NCBI GenBank assembly: GCA_030704615.1
Contig: CM060731.1
Location: forward strand, 88,722,001-88,786,000
Source of the DNA: Takakia lepidozioides
Taxonomy: Eukaryota; Plantae; Bryophyta
DNA: 64,000 nt
Direction: 5' to 3'
Below the pieces are notes generated by a model, which worked only from the letters and a program-made list of their open reading frames with translations, ran no database searches and had not been told where the DNA came from. The position numbers and the translations under genes were made by a program. Positions within the stretch are counted from its first letter, which is position 1. The number at the start of each line of letters is the position of its first letter. Below are positions 12,430-26,400 of this stretch, in pieces.

Positions 12430-15400
12430 TCAACTAGTAAAAGCTGGATCTCTGAAGCGTCCAAACACTTTCTCAATATCTGCAGTAACTTCAGCTGGCA
12501 AAGGTCTGGTGGCGGTGAAAGCATCAATGTTTTCCTTCAGTTGCTCCTTTGTTGTTGCACCAATGATAGTGCTTGTGACAAATGAGCGATCCCGGACAAA
12601 TCCAAGTGCAAGTTGAACAGGGGTCAGCTTATGGCGCTTCGCTACCTCCACATATTCTCTCACTGCCTCCTGCATCCCTCCACGTCCATCACTCAATTAA
12701 GTCAATCTATGGATCAATCGCTTCCAAGCATTGTGTGCATGCCATCAGGTGTAACAACTCACATCTCTCACCTGCCAAGGGATCACTTAGACAGGAATAG
12801 GGTGGATAGGAAGGGGCACATACCCGAGCAAGAGACTTGTTGTAGCGGCCCATGTAACCAGGAAACAAATTAAATCGTCCAGATTTAGCTCCTGGGCTGT
12901 CAGGCTCCAAATACTTTCCGGAGAGTGAACCTCCAGCTAGTGGAGAGTACACCAGCAAGCCAACATTGCAATGTTGTGGTAAGCAGACCTCCAGCAAGTC
13001 CACTGACAACAGTAAGGTGTCAGTATCTTCCGTCCAACTCGCTCAGGACAAATTGATAAAACCTTCAAAGATTATCTTCAGCAGCAATATCACAGCCAAG
13101 TAATTACCTTCGAAAGCTGTGCGTACAAGCAAGCTGTAATTGTTTTGGATGCTGACAATCTTTGGGAGGCCTAGCTTCTTGGCTGTGTGAACGAATTCCA
13201 TCACTCCATATGAAGTTTCATTTGACACACCCACATATCGCACCTAATTCACCAGTCAATCAAACACTTTTAACATATTTGAAGATACGTCATGTAAAGT
13301 TAAATTTGGTTGTGCAACCCCATATTTGCCATTTTGAAATAGCAATGGTCAAGATCCATCTTGTCAAAGAGACGGTATTGTACCAGGGCATTGTTCATTA
13401 ATGTCTGTCAAGAAAACATAAACAACTTTGAAGGTAGCCAGGAAGTCTAACTTCTTTGACATAGACCAAGGTGTAGCTCAAGGATGTACCCTCTCCCCTC
13501 TGCTCTTCAATGTTGACACTGCATGACTACTACTCATTTGATCTGTATGATCCCGGCTATCTACATTGGACTGACACAAGGACATAGATTTTGGGATCAT
13601 CTTTCTCCATGAAGCACACGGAACACTGATATCATAATGGAAGTAAGTGATACACCATTCCAGGAAGTTGTATCCTGCACTGCAGGCTCATCCATACCTT
13701 GCCTTCACTAATGACCTTTTCCAAGGCTTGTAGCTGATCTACAAAAGGAACTGACTCCCGTATCGATGATGGATTGAAAAGGCGCTCCCCAAAGAGCGGC
13801 ACATATCGATCTGGCCTGGACAACACCCCAGAAGTCACATTCAAATTCTTCCCCCATTTCATCAACAATGCCTTTGTCACATCTGTTCAAGCTATAGGGC
13901 TAGCTGGAAAACCTACCTTAAGCTTACCGGTATTCTGTCAATGCAGCTCACAATCAACCCCCAGTTCCTTGACTCTGATTGTGTTGGCTGCATGCGAGTT
14001 TGATGGAGATACCAGATGAGAGTCTCATATAACCTGGTGGGCTGAAACCCAACATCTGGGAGGGATAATATCCAGAAGGGACCAGGCTCTCAGGGTAAAG
14101 TTATGGCCAGGGAATGGTCAATGAGTACTGTTGTCTTTTTGTCCATTGTCATGATCTGAAAAGGTTGACACCTGACAAAGCAAGCGTAACTTATGGTGTC
14201 ACTGCACCCCGAGGGCCTACTGCCTTCCGTTTGGAAGGTGGACACCTTCTAATGGCCGTAACTGGGAACCTCCCCCAAGGACTTGTCCCCAATACTCACA
14301 CATTAAGTGTCCTGTTCACCCGACAACCCTCTTTCACAGCTGGGTTGGCTATGGGTTACATGCAGCACACACCTATGTGGCTTTGACCCCACGACCAATT
14401 GTAAGGCGGCCTTGTGCCCTAACCATTGGGCCATCTGTTGGATGATGTCGTGATCTATATGGAGTAGGGGTTAGTCCCTAGATCAGACATTGATACAAGA
14501 TATCTCTCTTTGCCACTATCTTTCCCTTTCTCTCTCTTAGTCAGGATCTAAGGCCACAAGGCTACGAAAATGACATCTTATGAATATATCGTCTCTTAGC
14601 CAGAGGGTTGACATCCCTCGGGGGACTTCTCCCTCAAGAGTGTGTCATAGCCAATTTTGACAGGCAAATATCACAAGTACATTCTGTACTATCGAATGGC
14701 ACAAATATAAGAGGTGAGCAATCGGCATCATTCAATAAGTCATCTTCCCATAACTGTCCAGGCATTCATTGTGTTCAATGGTTCCAATTATTGCTCTCTC
14801 CAGAGGTCAGCTACTTGCATTGCAGTAGGCAGAATGACAGAATTCAGAGCTGTTTAGAGCATTTCAAACTTGGATGGAGAAAAGAGGGGGTACCCCGCGC
14901 CCAGTTTGGGTGGAACAAAAGGCAACAAACACTACCTTTGTGAGGGGCTCACTCCGCTAGTGGGACTTCCCTTGGTTAAAGAAGAAGAGGGGGGTAACAG
15001 AATGTCAGAGATGCTTCATGAGCTTCAACATGGGAATATGCAAACAGCAGCTATAGAAGATTAGGAAACCAACTTTGGGAGCAAATGTGACTATGGGTTG
15101 AAGTCAAACCAGTGAATTTGAAGGAGGTCAATATAATCGGTGCCAAGACGCTTCAAACTCTTTTCCACACTTTCCGTGATGTTCTCTTTATTCACACGTA
15201 CAGTCGTCCCGGTATCACGAAGATAGGAAGATCTCTCTGAATATCCTGCGACCTTGGTTGCCACTATCACCTTCATCATAATTTCATAATCAAAACGTTA
15301 GAAGAGTGATGTAAAAGACATCAAGTAAATGTAGCAATTTCGCTGATAGAAGTCTTCCTCTAAGCAACTAGAGCGAGAGAGGCTATATGCTAGATCGTTT

Positions 15401-17168
15401 GCAAAACCTTTAGCAACATCATCTTGTATGCGGATAAATGTTCCCAGAGAGGAGAGAAGGTATAAGACAAGTCAACAAAAGGAGAAAGCATACAGGCATT
15501 TAAGAGTGCTGAGAAAACATAAAAGCCTACCTTGTCGCGGGGCCTTGACTTAAGCCAGGTGCTTATATAGCGATCAGTGGTCCCCTGGGTCTCTTTGCTC
15601 ATTGGTACAGGGTACTGCATTGCCCAACATACGGTGTACTCTAGCTCAATTGCACTTCATTATTAAGTTTGCCAAATTAATCAATCTGATGAACATAGAC
15701 AGCATTTATTCTGCTCAAACAACTCCTACTCATCTTTCCTCTAGAAAGTTTCCCTAGGTACCATGCAGGTTATGACATTCAGCCACACGGCATGCGCTCC
15801 TCTGACCAAACCTGTGTCTGTCTGTATTATCTTGTCCGATCCATCTCCTCAGTCTATTTCCCACATGAGGAGCTAGCCCTGGCTGTCAGGGACACACTCT
15901 TACTCACACCAGAGCTGGAATCATTCTTCTTTGTTGCAGCTGCATGGAAAGGTTGGACAAAACCAAGTGCCCATCGTGCCTTAAAAGATAGAGAGTAAAT
16001 GCAGCGAGGAGAAAGAAGGTAGGTCACCGCATACAGCTTCTGCAGTGTCAAGAATATTGATGCCAGAATCGAAGGCATAACTGAGCTGCTCATGTGCCTC
16101 CTTCTCTGTATTCTGATTGCCCCATGTCATCTGTATTTTCACAGCAAATTCACTGATAAGAATAACACCTTAATTACCAGTAAACTTGGTGCTACCGGAC
16201 ATATGTCAGGTTGTTAGCCCCTCTTTCCCTCTCCGCCCCTTTAAACCTACTCATATCTCTCTTTCTGCCAATTGAACAAGTAATGAAGCCCTGGCTTCAA
16301 CACGTACAGGTTGCAAAAAATGAGGTAACTATGGTGGACCTCACAACTGGAAAGAGTTGGATAATGTATTTCCCAGAGAAATTGAAAAGCATTAAAGGTT
16401 GGCACTACGGCACAAAAGACCGAAAGAGCATGACATCATCTCCGACAACAAAGTGGCAGAAGAAGCAGCACTGGCAGTGAGAAGTGGCCTTAACTAATTG
16501 GTGCATGAAGAAGTGTAAGTGATGCTGGAGAACCCGTATCAAATCAGAATTGCATCGCTTTGTCGCCGTAGCCCTCTCACAAGATATGGATGTCAGATTC
16601 CCTGCTTACTTTGTAGAATTAGGTTTATGCACATCCTATGTGACTGGATTAACTGGAAACGCCATACTCAGCCATATACATTCGACAAATCACAGAGAAA
16701 GGCAGTGCACAACGTTGTTGCCCGGCACGCCAGGTAGGGATATGACTCAGTGGTAGAGTATCACCAGTATGCAGAGTATATTCAATGTCCATCACTAGTC
16801 CCAAGCTTTCTCGAATGCCTAGAGTTCAGATTCGATACCACACATTGAGATAAGCAGAAAACAGAGCCTGAGACTCCAGACGACAGGGTATGCATAGGCA
16901 CACATACCGTCCCCAGAGTGATTTCACTGATGACAAGGTCAGAGTCTCCCAGCTTCCGGTACTGCAACGTGGCTTCCTTCGTTGGAGATGCCACTGCAGC
17001 CCTCACTTGGAAACCGCTCCGTCCAGGCCCAGCCGCAACCGGGCCTCTCCAGCCTCCCACCTCCCGAGCACAACCACAGTGCCTCCATGAGGGAAAAGAC
17101 TGCTGTATTTGCAACCTCCGGTACACATCCCCAGCAGAAAGGCTGGCAGCAGGGAGCAGCGCCACCAT
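12430..17168 (-). CDS. NADP(H)-dependent aldo-keto reductase, Tas-like, with probable plastid transit peptide; 8 exons
   Basis: Exons encode [20 protein letters not shown] / [32 protein letters not shown] (about 16034-16129) / [17 protein letters not shown] / VIVATKVAG...[17 protein letters not shown] / PDRYVPLFG / [14 protein letters not shown]...SIQNNYSLL / [18 protein letters not shown] / [17 protein letters not shown]. The AKR catalytic D, Y, K and H are all present. Confidence 0.93.
13455..13514 (+). mobile_element. Small LINE reverse-transcriptase remnant in an AKR intron
   Basis: Translates [20 protein letters not shown], the non-LTR RT motif G(V/L)xQGCxLSPxLF. Confidence 0.7.
14170..14443 (-). 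mobile_element. tRNA-derived SINE, copy 1 (AKR intron)
   Basis: The minus strand has an A-box-like TGGCCCAATGG and a B-box-like GGGTCAAAGCC. Its core GAAGGTGTCCACCTT...GTGACACCATAAGTTACGCT is shared with the copy at 32564-32748. Confidence 0.6.
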
Positions 17169-17475
17169 AGCTCCAAATCTCCACAATCCCACAGCGAGCG
17201 GAGACGAGAGAGAATGGAGCGAAACAAAATTTATCTTCAACGGGTGGCAGATCTTAGCTCACCTGTCGCTGTCCTCATTTGAATATTCAAACTTTCCCCG
17301 TGTCCCGTTTATTTTATTGGGAACGTCTTCTCTCCGTCCGTTTGTCCCATGGTCCCAGCCCATTGAAGGGGACATATGTAACGTTTCCTTTTCAAAATAA
17401 AAATGAAAATTTAAATTGATCCAGAACAAATGGAATCCCTTTTCCATATTCTAAAGGATATTCTGTTCTACACTC

Positions 17476-20400
17476 ATGGCATGGTACGATGGAAGAATGG
17501 TGGGGGCCATGATGATGGGCATGGGCGCAGTGATGGTGCACATTCAAGGAAGGGGGGAGAGTGTACAGGCTGCGGAGGTGCAGCGAGGGCAGGGCAGGGA
17601 GGGGAGGAGCATGGGGCAGGGCGGGGATGGCGAGGGGGAGGAGGAGGCGGTGGCGCTAGTTGGGGAGTGGGCAGGCAAAGCAGACAAATCATGGAGCCAG
17701 TACACGGCGCAGGCGCAGGAGCTGGGGCGGAAGGCTCTGGAATCGAAGGACCAAGCCCTCCGATCAGCGCGGTCGCACCTCGAGGAATTGCAGGATGCAT
17801 CGTCGCATCATCTGTCTTCCGCTCAGGTGGTTGTAGAGCAGAATTTATTAATCTTAGCTGTATGGACGGGAATGAGGAGGATGGGTTGGGTAACCTTTTT
17901 CCTTTTGTGCGGTGCTTTTGCTGGGCATTGGGTAGCCTCGGCGTTTTGAATGAAAATGTCGAAGCGGAGGTTGAGCGAGCCGTGTAGAGAAGTTCTTTTC
18001 TCCATGTGTTGGGACACTGAACTCCGTTGCCGAATGCACTAGTTGTCTCCCTTGCGTAATGTAGGTGGTTCATGGTCTTCCCTCTGGGGCTTCTTAGGAA
18101 TCAAGTGACCGTGATGTCTCATTTTCTCGTGATGAGATGGTTGCGTGGATGGTTGATGTCCCCCTGTTAGGAGCCTGAGTTTGTGAATCCTGGGTGCGTC
18201 AATGTCATATCGTCTTTGGGAAGATCTGGTGTCTAGTTAGCACTTTTTAGGAAAGTACTATCCAATTCAAAGCTGATTAGTAGTGTGACTCTTCAGGATG
18301 GATTGGGTGGGTTTTTCCAATTGCCATATTTCTAGGTCATACCTTATAACCACCACAGTTGACACCATGTTCATGTTTACCTTTTTTTGAACTTCACTTT
18401 AAAGGAAAGTGCACACCTGCCTTTGACACATTAGGCATTTTTCATGTTTTCTCTTGCGCCTAGGTCAGGTCAACCATTCAAAGCTTCTAAGATTAGGGAT
18501 GAGACGGTGAAGGCGGTGGTCTGAGAAGACTCGGTGGACTTTTGTATGTGCAGAAACTCGCGCACACCCTTGGACAGCAATATAAACAACATGAAGATCT
18601 ATTCTTTCACAAGCTTAAGGGTACTATCTGAGAATCTCTCTGTCTCTCTCTCTTTCTCTTTTGGGGGTTTTTCGACAAAGGCCCCTATGATTGTGACAGT
18701 AGATATGGTTGTGCTTTCTGCAAACCATAGGATGCAGGGAGGCTGGAAAGTGACATGGACTACAGCAGCTTCTTTGTCCTCACGACAAAGACACCTTGAG
18801 CCAGGCCTCAGAATTGGTCTTTTGTGCTAACAGATACCCTTCTGGGTGCCTTGATTGTCGACAACAAGGTGGTTGCAAAGAACAATTTAGGGAGGGGGTG
18901 AAAGACTGGTAATCAAGTGTGAGATAACCGTAAAGCAGTTGTTGAAGACCTAACATTCCTATTTTGACTTAATTGCTATTGTTGGGCATGAAGTGCAGAG
19001 GGTGTGCATGCAATCAACAGGTACCCTAATCTGGTGTATGGGGTAGCTGGGATCACAGCTATTTTCGCTTTCAGAAGTAAGTAACCTTCACCTTATCATG
19101 GAGTTTGAATTGGCAGAGGGATCCATGCCCAGTGTCTTGGAAAATGAGTAGATGGCTGAGCTGCCAATTGTATTGATGTACTGATTGACTGTTCCTGTGT
19201 ATGTTTGCCAACCCTTCAGGGCATGGCCCCTGCAGAAACCAGGGTATGAAGCTCACCCTAATTTACAGCTGATTGAGTCTTAATAGCACCGGAATTTACA
19301 TTTATTTCACAAGCTGGCATTTTGCGAAGTATGTAGAGGGACATAATGAGGGCAATACATGGACAGACAGACTGACAATAAACAGGAATGTTTAGAGTGG
19401 TTGAGAGATATTTTTCAATTATTAAAATGGGCTTGGTATAACCTTTTGGCTAGAGTTAACCCAACTTGGAATAGGCACAATAGCACTGAAAATCAGGGTT
19501 AAAAGGATAATTGGAGGGAAAGGGGCTTGCTATGAGCTCAGCAAGTTCACATTGAGGTCAAGGCAGCATGGGGGTAACCATTTTTTAAATGAACAAGAAG
19601 AGGGACCCTTAAGGAAGCAGGTCACTGGCATACTCGGCAGGAAGAGAGAATGGGGATAGGGGTTCCAATGAATTTATCACAGAAGCATGTTTGGCGTTAG
19701 GCATCAAGGTTGCTCTTAGATTTGCTGTCATGTCACTAGGTGGGTAATGAAATTTGTATGCATTTTTAGAGAAGGGACTACACCGCTTTCACATCATTCT
19801 CAGCATGCACAACTTCAGAGTTTCACGAAGATGGTCATTCAGCTATAAGCTCTCTGCTGTGCAACCTCACAGAGAAGGATGATCAAGGGCTAATCTGTGA
19901 GTTTGGTGCAGTAATTTGGGCTTTTTTTCTTGACTTTCTGCAGGACCAAGGAGGATGTTGTGGAGGCACACTTTTGGGCGCTTCCAAAGTGAAGAGGTAC
20001 TAGTTGGCCAAGGAGAAGGGCTTTTGAAACTTTAACCATGTTCAAGTCCAGTCTTATGTTCGTAATGGGGCTGTCTAAGTGCGTTACCAATTGTGACCCA
20101 GTTTGTTTTCTTTAACACCCAACTGAACAAATGGTTGGAACTCACAAGTGAAACAGTATTGCCCTGATGTCATATGCTCTCACCGGTAATTTTCCCATGA
20201 ATGTGCTTTGGAACTCACATGTAGCTCATTCACCATTTTTCAATCAGAGATGAAACTGAACCAACCATTTCATGCGTTGCAGGCAATGGTGGCACGGGCA
20301 GAGACGAAGGTGAAGGAGATGCGTCAATCAGTAGACTTATTAAAAAATGAGACTAAAAAGCTTGAGGTTGGTGGCCCATAATGTCTTGCACATCTTTGCG

Positions 20401-23202
20401 GGGCTCTATTTCTATTGGAACTAAGACACCTGAAGATGTACTATGAAGCAGGGGTTGTACTTTTGTTCATAATGGGTAATATATAATGGGTGATCCTCTT
20501 TTTTGACAAAATGAGCTCATTTATAATCCTCCTGTGCAGGAGCGGGCAAGGCTTGCAGAAGAGGAGCTTCAGCGGGGGAAGACCAAGCTAAAGTGAGTCC
20601 ATATACTTTTTGAGAGAAGATGTACTGCTGTGGTTGTAATTGGAGCCGCACTTATCCTCTTAGTGAAAGCTTGAGCGGTCTTCCCTTTTTCTGTTTTAGA
20701 AGCAGCAGTCACATGGAACCTGCCATCCCAACCTTTGGGGTGGTGCCATCGTATTTGCTGTTGGGAGGTTGGATCGTTATGTTTTGCGTCTGGGTTGTAG
20801 TGGACCAGCCCATGGAAGGCCATCACAAGCCGTAAGTGAAGATTGGAAGATTGGGAGAGTATCCACACAAAAGTAGTAGGTGCAGGTCGTGGCGAAGGCA
20901 AACAAACCAAGACACTCCTGCAAGCCCTTGGGGCTGTGATCGAGGTGCCTGAAGATTGTAGCCAATAGGAAAACAGACACAGTCACTTTGGCCAATCTTG
21001 TTTTGAAAACCTCGGGGGTTCTGTAGATGTTTGTAATGCACTGCCAAGTCAAGACACGTATCTCATGCCACCTTGAGTTAGGAAACTTCAAGATAAGCGT
21101 CGCATTATTGTTGCAATGCTCAATGTAACCAGGTGTTACCATGAACCTGCCTTTGGCAATGCTGGCTGCTATTGCACCTGCGACTCCTGTTGGTATGGAG
21201 GAATGAAGGATGGTCTTACTGGACGGTGTGCTGCAAAGATGAAAGACAGACAATTGGAGATTGCTCATAACTTCAAACGGTCTACAAGAGGCTTGATAAT
21301 GGAGTTGAGCACCTGTATCAGATCAAGAGCAGACTCTAGCATTCCCGGTAGCATTGGGAGAACCCTGATTGGACTCTGTAAAGTAGGCAGTAAGATCCTT
21401 AGGGTGCCCCATGTATATCATCTGTCTGGTTGCAACAAATCCCAGAATGCGATCGCTCGGTTGATGGACAGACATCATGACAATGCTTCCCATCTCTGCA
21501 ATGTGTTTAAGAGTCTTGACAACCATGTATGCACTTGTTGAATAGAGCCCTGAGGTTGGCTCATCCAAATCCAACAGAAGAGGTCCATGAATGATGTTGA
21601 CTCCGATGGAAATTCTGCGGCGCTCGCCTCCTGACACTCCCCTGTGACCTTCATCGCCAATGACTGCTTTTGCCACCCTCTCAAGACCGAGTTGCCGAAT
21701 CAGACTGCTGACTCTAGCTTTCTTTGCTTCTTTACTATGGCTGGGAGGTAGCCGCACATCAACAGAGAACATGAGTGTTTCCTGCACAGTAAGCATGGGA
21801 AACAAGAGATCCTCCTGCATGACATAACCTGAGCTATTCCGCAGCTGATGGCTGTCCACTTCCTGTCGTTAAGAGTGATGCTGCCTTGGAGACTTTCTCG
21901 TGAGATTGTCTGAGCAGGTGCATCGATCAGAGTTTACTTTCCTGAGCCACTTGGTCCCATGACAGCCATGATTTCTCCATCTCTTGCTCTGCCAGAAACA
22001 TCTTGCAGAAGGTTCACGCTTGACAGACCAGGCTTGAGTGACTGCTTGAAGAGACCATCATCTAGCTTCAAGCTGCATCATGTGGCATGTGCTTTGTCTC
22101 TCTCCTCCGGTGTCCCCCGAATAGGAGCAATGGATAGACTTGTGAACAGTGCCTGTGTCCACGTTCAAGGTGGTTCTCTAGCAGCATAATGTCACATCCA
22201 CGTAGAGTTTGTGCATGCAGCAATCGGGCAATTTGTGTTGGCACAATATAGTGGAGTGTGCTTGGCGATCTTCTGTCAGGTCTTTTCCTTCATCACCTCA
22301 TATTGATCCTGGAGATGATACATGGATGTGCTGTGGCAGAAATGCAGGAGGTCAATTGAGCAGTCTTGTTAAGAGCATTTACAAGACCGAATCGCATGCT
22401 AGAGGTTTGTTCAGATCGCGATTTCCTTTATACAGTACATTTCATGTCATTACAGTCCATGATTGTTTATGGGGTACTGCACTAAAGGAAAACGACCACT
22501 TCGTCAGTCACATGTCATGCATTTTGTAACTTGCTATGTCTTTAGTGACCTGATTACTTGAGTGGCCTATATTAGGCCTGATTACTAAGAATTAATTACA
22601 CAGGGAAGAATCTAGCAGTCTCATTCATGAAGCTTGTCCATACCTGTTATTTTCAGTTGCTACTTGCGTGTCAAGAGGGCTTTCCCCCTGTAGTCCCTTG
22701 AGGGGACAGCATTATTTATTTGCCACTTCTGACAAACACAGGAAAGGCCTAGTGAGAGAGCCTGTAGTTGACAGTGTTGTAGCAATTGTGTCATTTGCTT
22801 GTGCAGGCCTTACGGACAACTTGCGAGAATTACCCGGCCGGGAAGCTTTGCGTCTGCGCGCAGAGGTGAGAGGTCTAATTTACTTCACAGTGGTATTTCA
22901 TTGTGTACATTACTTCCTAGTTCACCATTATCATGTGCTGTTTCTTCTGTATACTGTTGTGTCGATCTGTGAGGGGTATTTAAATGTGTATTTTGGTAGC
23001 TTTGCTGTGGCGGAACCAGTTGACAATTAGGTGCTGTCAAAGGGTCTGGTATATGAAGGATAGAAGCAACGAAACCTCCTTCATTCCTCAATCTGATTTC
23101 ATGTTGTTGTAGGTCGCCTCCATGGCAGCAGAAGCAAAGCAACAGAGATCAGTCTTGGACAAACGTGTCTCACGGATTGCAGGTTATGGCATTCCTGTCT
23201 GA
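17476..23202 (+). CDS. RHIP1: RGS1-HXK1-interacting protein 1-like; 9 exons
   Basis: Spliced exons read ...[13 protein letters not shown] / [22 protein letters not shown] (18553-18619) / [26 protein letters not shown] / [17 protein letters not shown] / [28 protein letters not shown] / [18 protein letters not shown] / [21 protein letters not shown] / [20 protein letters not shown] / [29 protein letters not shown]. Intron phases are consistent. The true start is one of several ATGs between 17476 and 17611. Confidence 0.85.
20840..22030 (-). pseudogene. ABCG half-transporter pseudogene (ABCG1/2/6/16/20-like clade), antisense inside a RHIP1 intron
   Basis: Walker A GPSGSGK is followed directly by an in-frame TAA (about 21934). 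Then [18 protein letters not shown], the signature [12 protein letters not shown], a degenerate Walker [11 protein letters not shown], an H-loop HQPS, and the TMD start [36 protein letters not shown]. The sequence is frameshifted and C-terminally truncated. Confidence 0.88.
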
Positions 23203-24491
23203 ATCAAAATTCTCAGATAGAGAAACTGAGTTAGGAGAACTTGGCGTGGTGGCGTGGTGGTCATACGCAATAGTGGGCGTTTTATTTGCTCAATTCGGCA
23301 GTGCCTTTCCATTATCTTTATGAGTTGTGCTTAGGCTATGGCCACAAGGCTGTGGCAAGCGAAGTCTGATTAGCACTTCTGGGAGTAGAGTTTTCAACTG
23401 GGGTGCTGCAAATGTTGTGGTGATATCTGGAGCTGGCTTCTCAACCTTCATTATACAGTGACGTCCTTGTGCACATGCTCTGACAAGTCATCATCAGTTC
23501 ATGGCTCTCCGGGAGTGGGGTTGTTCTCCCTCTAGTGCTACTGCTGTGCATTTTCAGTGATTCTTCATTTGGACAATATTAGGTAGGATAGTCTATTCAT
23601 CAATGATCTCCGACCAGGAATGACGTGTCGGTAGGCTCCCATTGCTCGCTGTGGAAGATGCTTCTGTATCCTAGCTGTGTTCCTTGAATGGTGGCAGTTG
23701 GTCCCTGCATAATTGAAGCCTGGATGGATGGATGATGTAGCTTGATCTGACTGATCAGAACTAGATTCCAAATTACTGCAATTCGGGAGCAAGATTGACC
23801 AAGGAGGTTGTCCATTAATAGTTTCCCACCACCTTTGCATGCTACTGCTGACAAGTCTGTAGCTACCCATGTTCAGGTACCCAGCTGCACAAATTGACAA
23901 CCCTGTTCATGCTTCTTGATCTAATTTGTCTATGCACTTGTAAGCTACAGTTAGGCTATGACAGATGGCATATCCTGCGATTCCTTAAGCCTACTGTAGA
24001 GGTTTGGAATTGAAGGCTTTTGGATTTGTCACATGAGTAGGAGGATCTTTTGCATGGACTGATGGATGCAGTGTTTAGTAATGAGAATACCTTCCAGTGG
24101 CCAGCCTGCCAACCAAACAGAGATACCAGTGGGGTCACATTGCCTGCAATGGTTATTACTCTCAAAACAATACTTTTCAACTACAACTGATGTCACAAGT
24201 TAGAGTTCAGTACTAAAAAGCAATACTAAAACTTAAACCAAGTGGAAGAAGATACGGAAGTGGAAGACAAGTTATGTGAATCACTGAATGAATGATACAA
24301 GAAAGGTAAATGAAGAATTCACATATTTCAGAGCAGTGAATGAATATTACAGTTGAGAAATTAAGTAAAATGATGAAATACTGATGTCGCAGAAGTGATC
24401 TTCCCAAAATTGATGGTATTGCTCGAGGAACTCACAAACTCACCGAAAAACTCTACATAGCTCACAAGTTTTGAACGTCCAGAGTCCAAAC

Positions 24492-25123
24492 CAGTGTTGG
24501 ACTGGTATGTCCATTTTTTAATACCAGACTGGTCCTGGTATGAAGGGTCCCCACCCCTTTTTCATACCAGGCTGGTATAGGTATCTATACAGGTATGAGC
24601 AACTTGGGTATGAATCTGGTACGAGTTGTACTTTGGGCTGTATATGAGTATGGTACTGGTATTGCCCTTTCTCTGTAGTGATACTGGTATGGTATTTCTA
24701 CAGCTCACCATACATAGAAATAAATGTCATTTAGCACATAGCTAATTTTAATCCAAGCCGTGAAACACTAGGCAAAGGTAACCCAAAGTAGCACGAAACA
24801 GCAAATGAAGTCTAAATTGCAACATGGAGCCTTGAATTAACCAAATTGTAGTACAGGGTATAACTAGCTGCACTAACATATACTCATACCTACCTCCATT
24901 CGCCATGATCTCACCGCAATACTGGTATCGGGACCATGCTATTCCTCCATATACCCAGACCGGTATGGTATGTGTGGGGGGAATCCTAAAGACATACTCC
25001 CCCCAGTACGTGTATCACATGGGTACACTGGTTCTTTCATACCCTACTGGTATGTTCTTCAAAATATATATTCATACCTGTATTCCATACCTAGGTTCAA
25101 CCAGGTATACCAGTCTAACACTG
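24492..25123. mobile_element. Non-autonomous hAT element (MITE, 632 bp)
   Basis: 17-bp TIRs CAGTGTTGGACTGGTAT / ATACCAGTCTAACACTG (1 mismatch), a perfect 8-bp TSD GTCCAAAC (24484-24491 and 25124-25131), and subterminal GGTAT/ATACC repeats. Confidence 0.92.
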
Positions 25124-25589
25124 GTCCAAACGATAGCTGCAAAACACTGAGCTATCATGTCCAAGATCCAGTGGGGCATGGTTTTTGTGTATTTTCTCTC
25201 CGACACGGAACTTTGCCGCTTCCGTGGCTGATAGGGGGCCCCATCATGTCCATGCGCTCCAAATTGGCTACGGACCCGGAACCTTGCCGTGCCCGTTATG
25301 TCTCACGCAAGTCAACGTCAGACGAGATATGGAGTCAAGTGAGCATCCCACGAGTGAGAATCTGGTGAGCGAGAGGTTGAGCGGGAGGGTGGCGTGAGGT
25401 TTGCCGTGCCACTTGTGGGGAGCAATCCGCCTCCAAGCACCCCATCGTCTTGCGCGCTCTGCACATGCCTCCCTAAAAGGAACTTGATGTATTCTTCTAC
25501 CGAGCCACCGGTGGGGATGGTCTCATAAGTATGGTGCTGCCGGTCTATGGTGGCTGCCCCACTTTCCTGTTCTGTAGTCTCTTTTGCTG

Positions 25590-26400
25590 TACCATTGCTG
25601 AAGTTCCTCTCTTTCTTTCTCCCGACTCGGCGATCACCCTTGCCGCCGCTTATGGCTGTGAGTTCTGGGCACCTGATGTCCCAGTTTCCCTGTGGGAGAA
25701 AAACCTGGAACTGCTGCAATCATTTTCCTCCAAGGAATGCTTGGAGCTAGAGGTACAACACCATCACAAATTCCATATGCAGAATTTGCATGCGTCCCAC
25801 TTCAAACCGAGGCCATCTTCCGGCTTACAATGTTTCTTACAAGGTTACAGGCCCTCCCACCCAAAGGGCTGGCAGCCTGGGCCCTCACAGGCTCCAAACG
25901 GCTGGTGTCAAGCTCTCCTGGTATGCTCGGGTGGCCAACTTTTTGAGCGCAATGGACTCTCCGTTGCTTCCCTACTGCCACAAAATTCGGGGTGGAAATC
26001 GCGTCCACAGGACTGCAATAGTTGCAACAGACGAGAACTCATGGAACTCCACGTCAGGCGGACATGGAAACCAGCCAATCTAACAACAAAATTGCAGTTC
26101 TATTGGTTGGTCCTCCGTGACGTCCGATAGAATCTTATGGCCCGATTACCTGTCTGCAGCTCTATGCTGAGGGCATTGAGAAGGTTCAGGGTGGGCTCCC
26201 ACAGTCTGCGGATAGAGACTCATGGGTAGGTGGGAAAACCTGCAACATGAGGACCGCCAATGCCCTGCATGCACTGGGAACCCACAGGGAAATTGAAAGT
26301 GAAGTTCCTACACTCTGTCTTAGGAACGTGCAAGCATACATGAAGAAGTTATACCCACTACAAAGAAGCCACGCCACATTCATGAGTGAGCACTCGTTCC
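25590..26400 (+). mobile_element. Decayed LINE ORF2 C-terminal fragment
   Basis: Across frameshifts it reads YGCEFWAP...LLQSF / MLGARGTTPSQIPYAEFACVPL ... LRRFRVGSHSLRIET...RQCPAC...EIESE. These match the non-LTR thumb region and the C-terminal FRxGSHxLxIET/CCHC motifs. Confidence 0.7.

Noticed and set aside
21323-21859. STR/STR2 mycorrhizal ABCG transporter identity
   Set aside because: Diagnostic residues ([41 protein letters not shown]) fit the ABCG1/6/20 clade better; a phylogeny would be needed to be certain.
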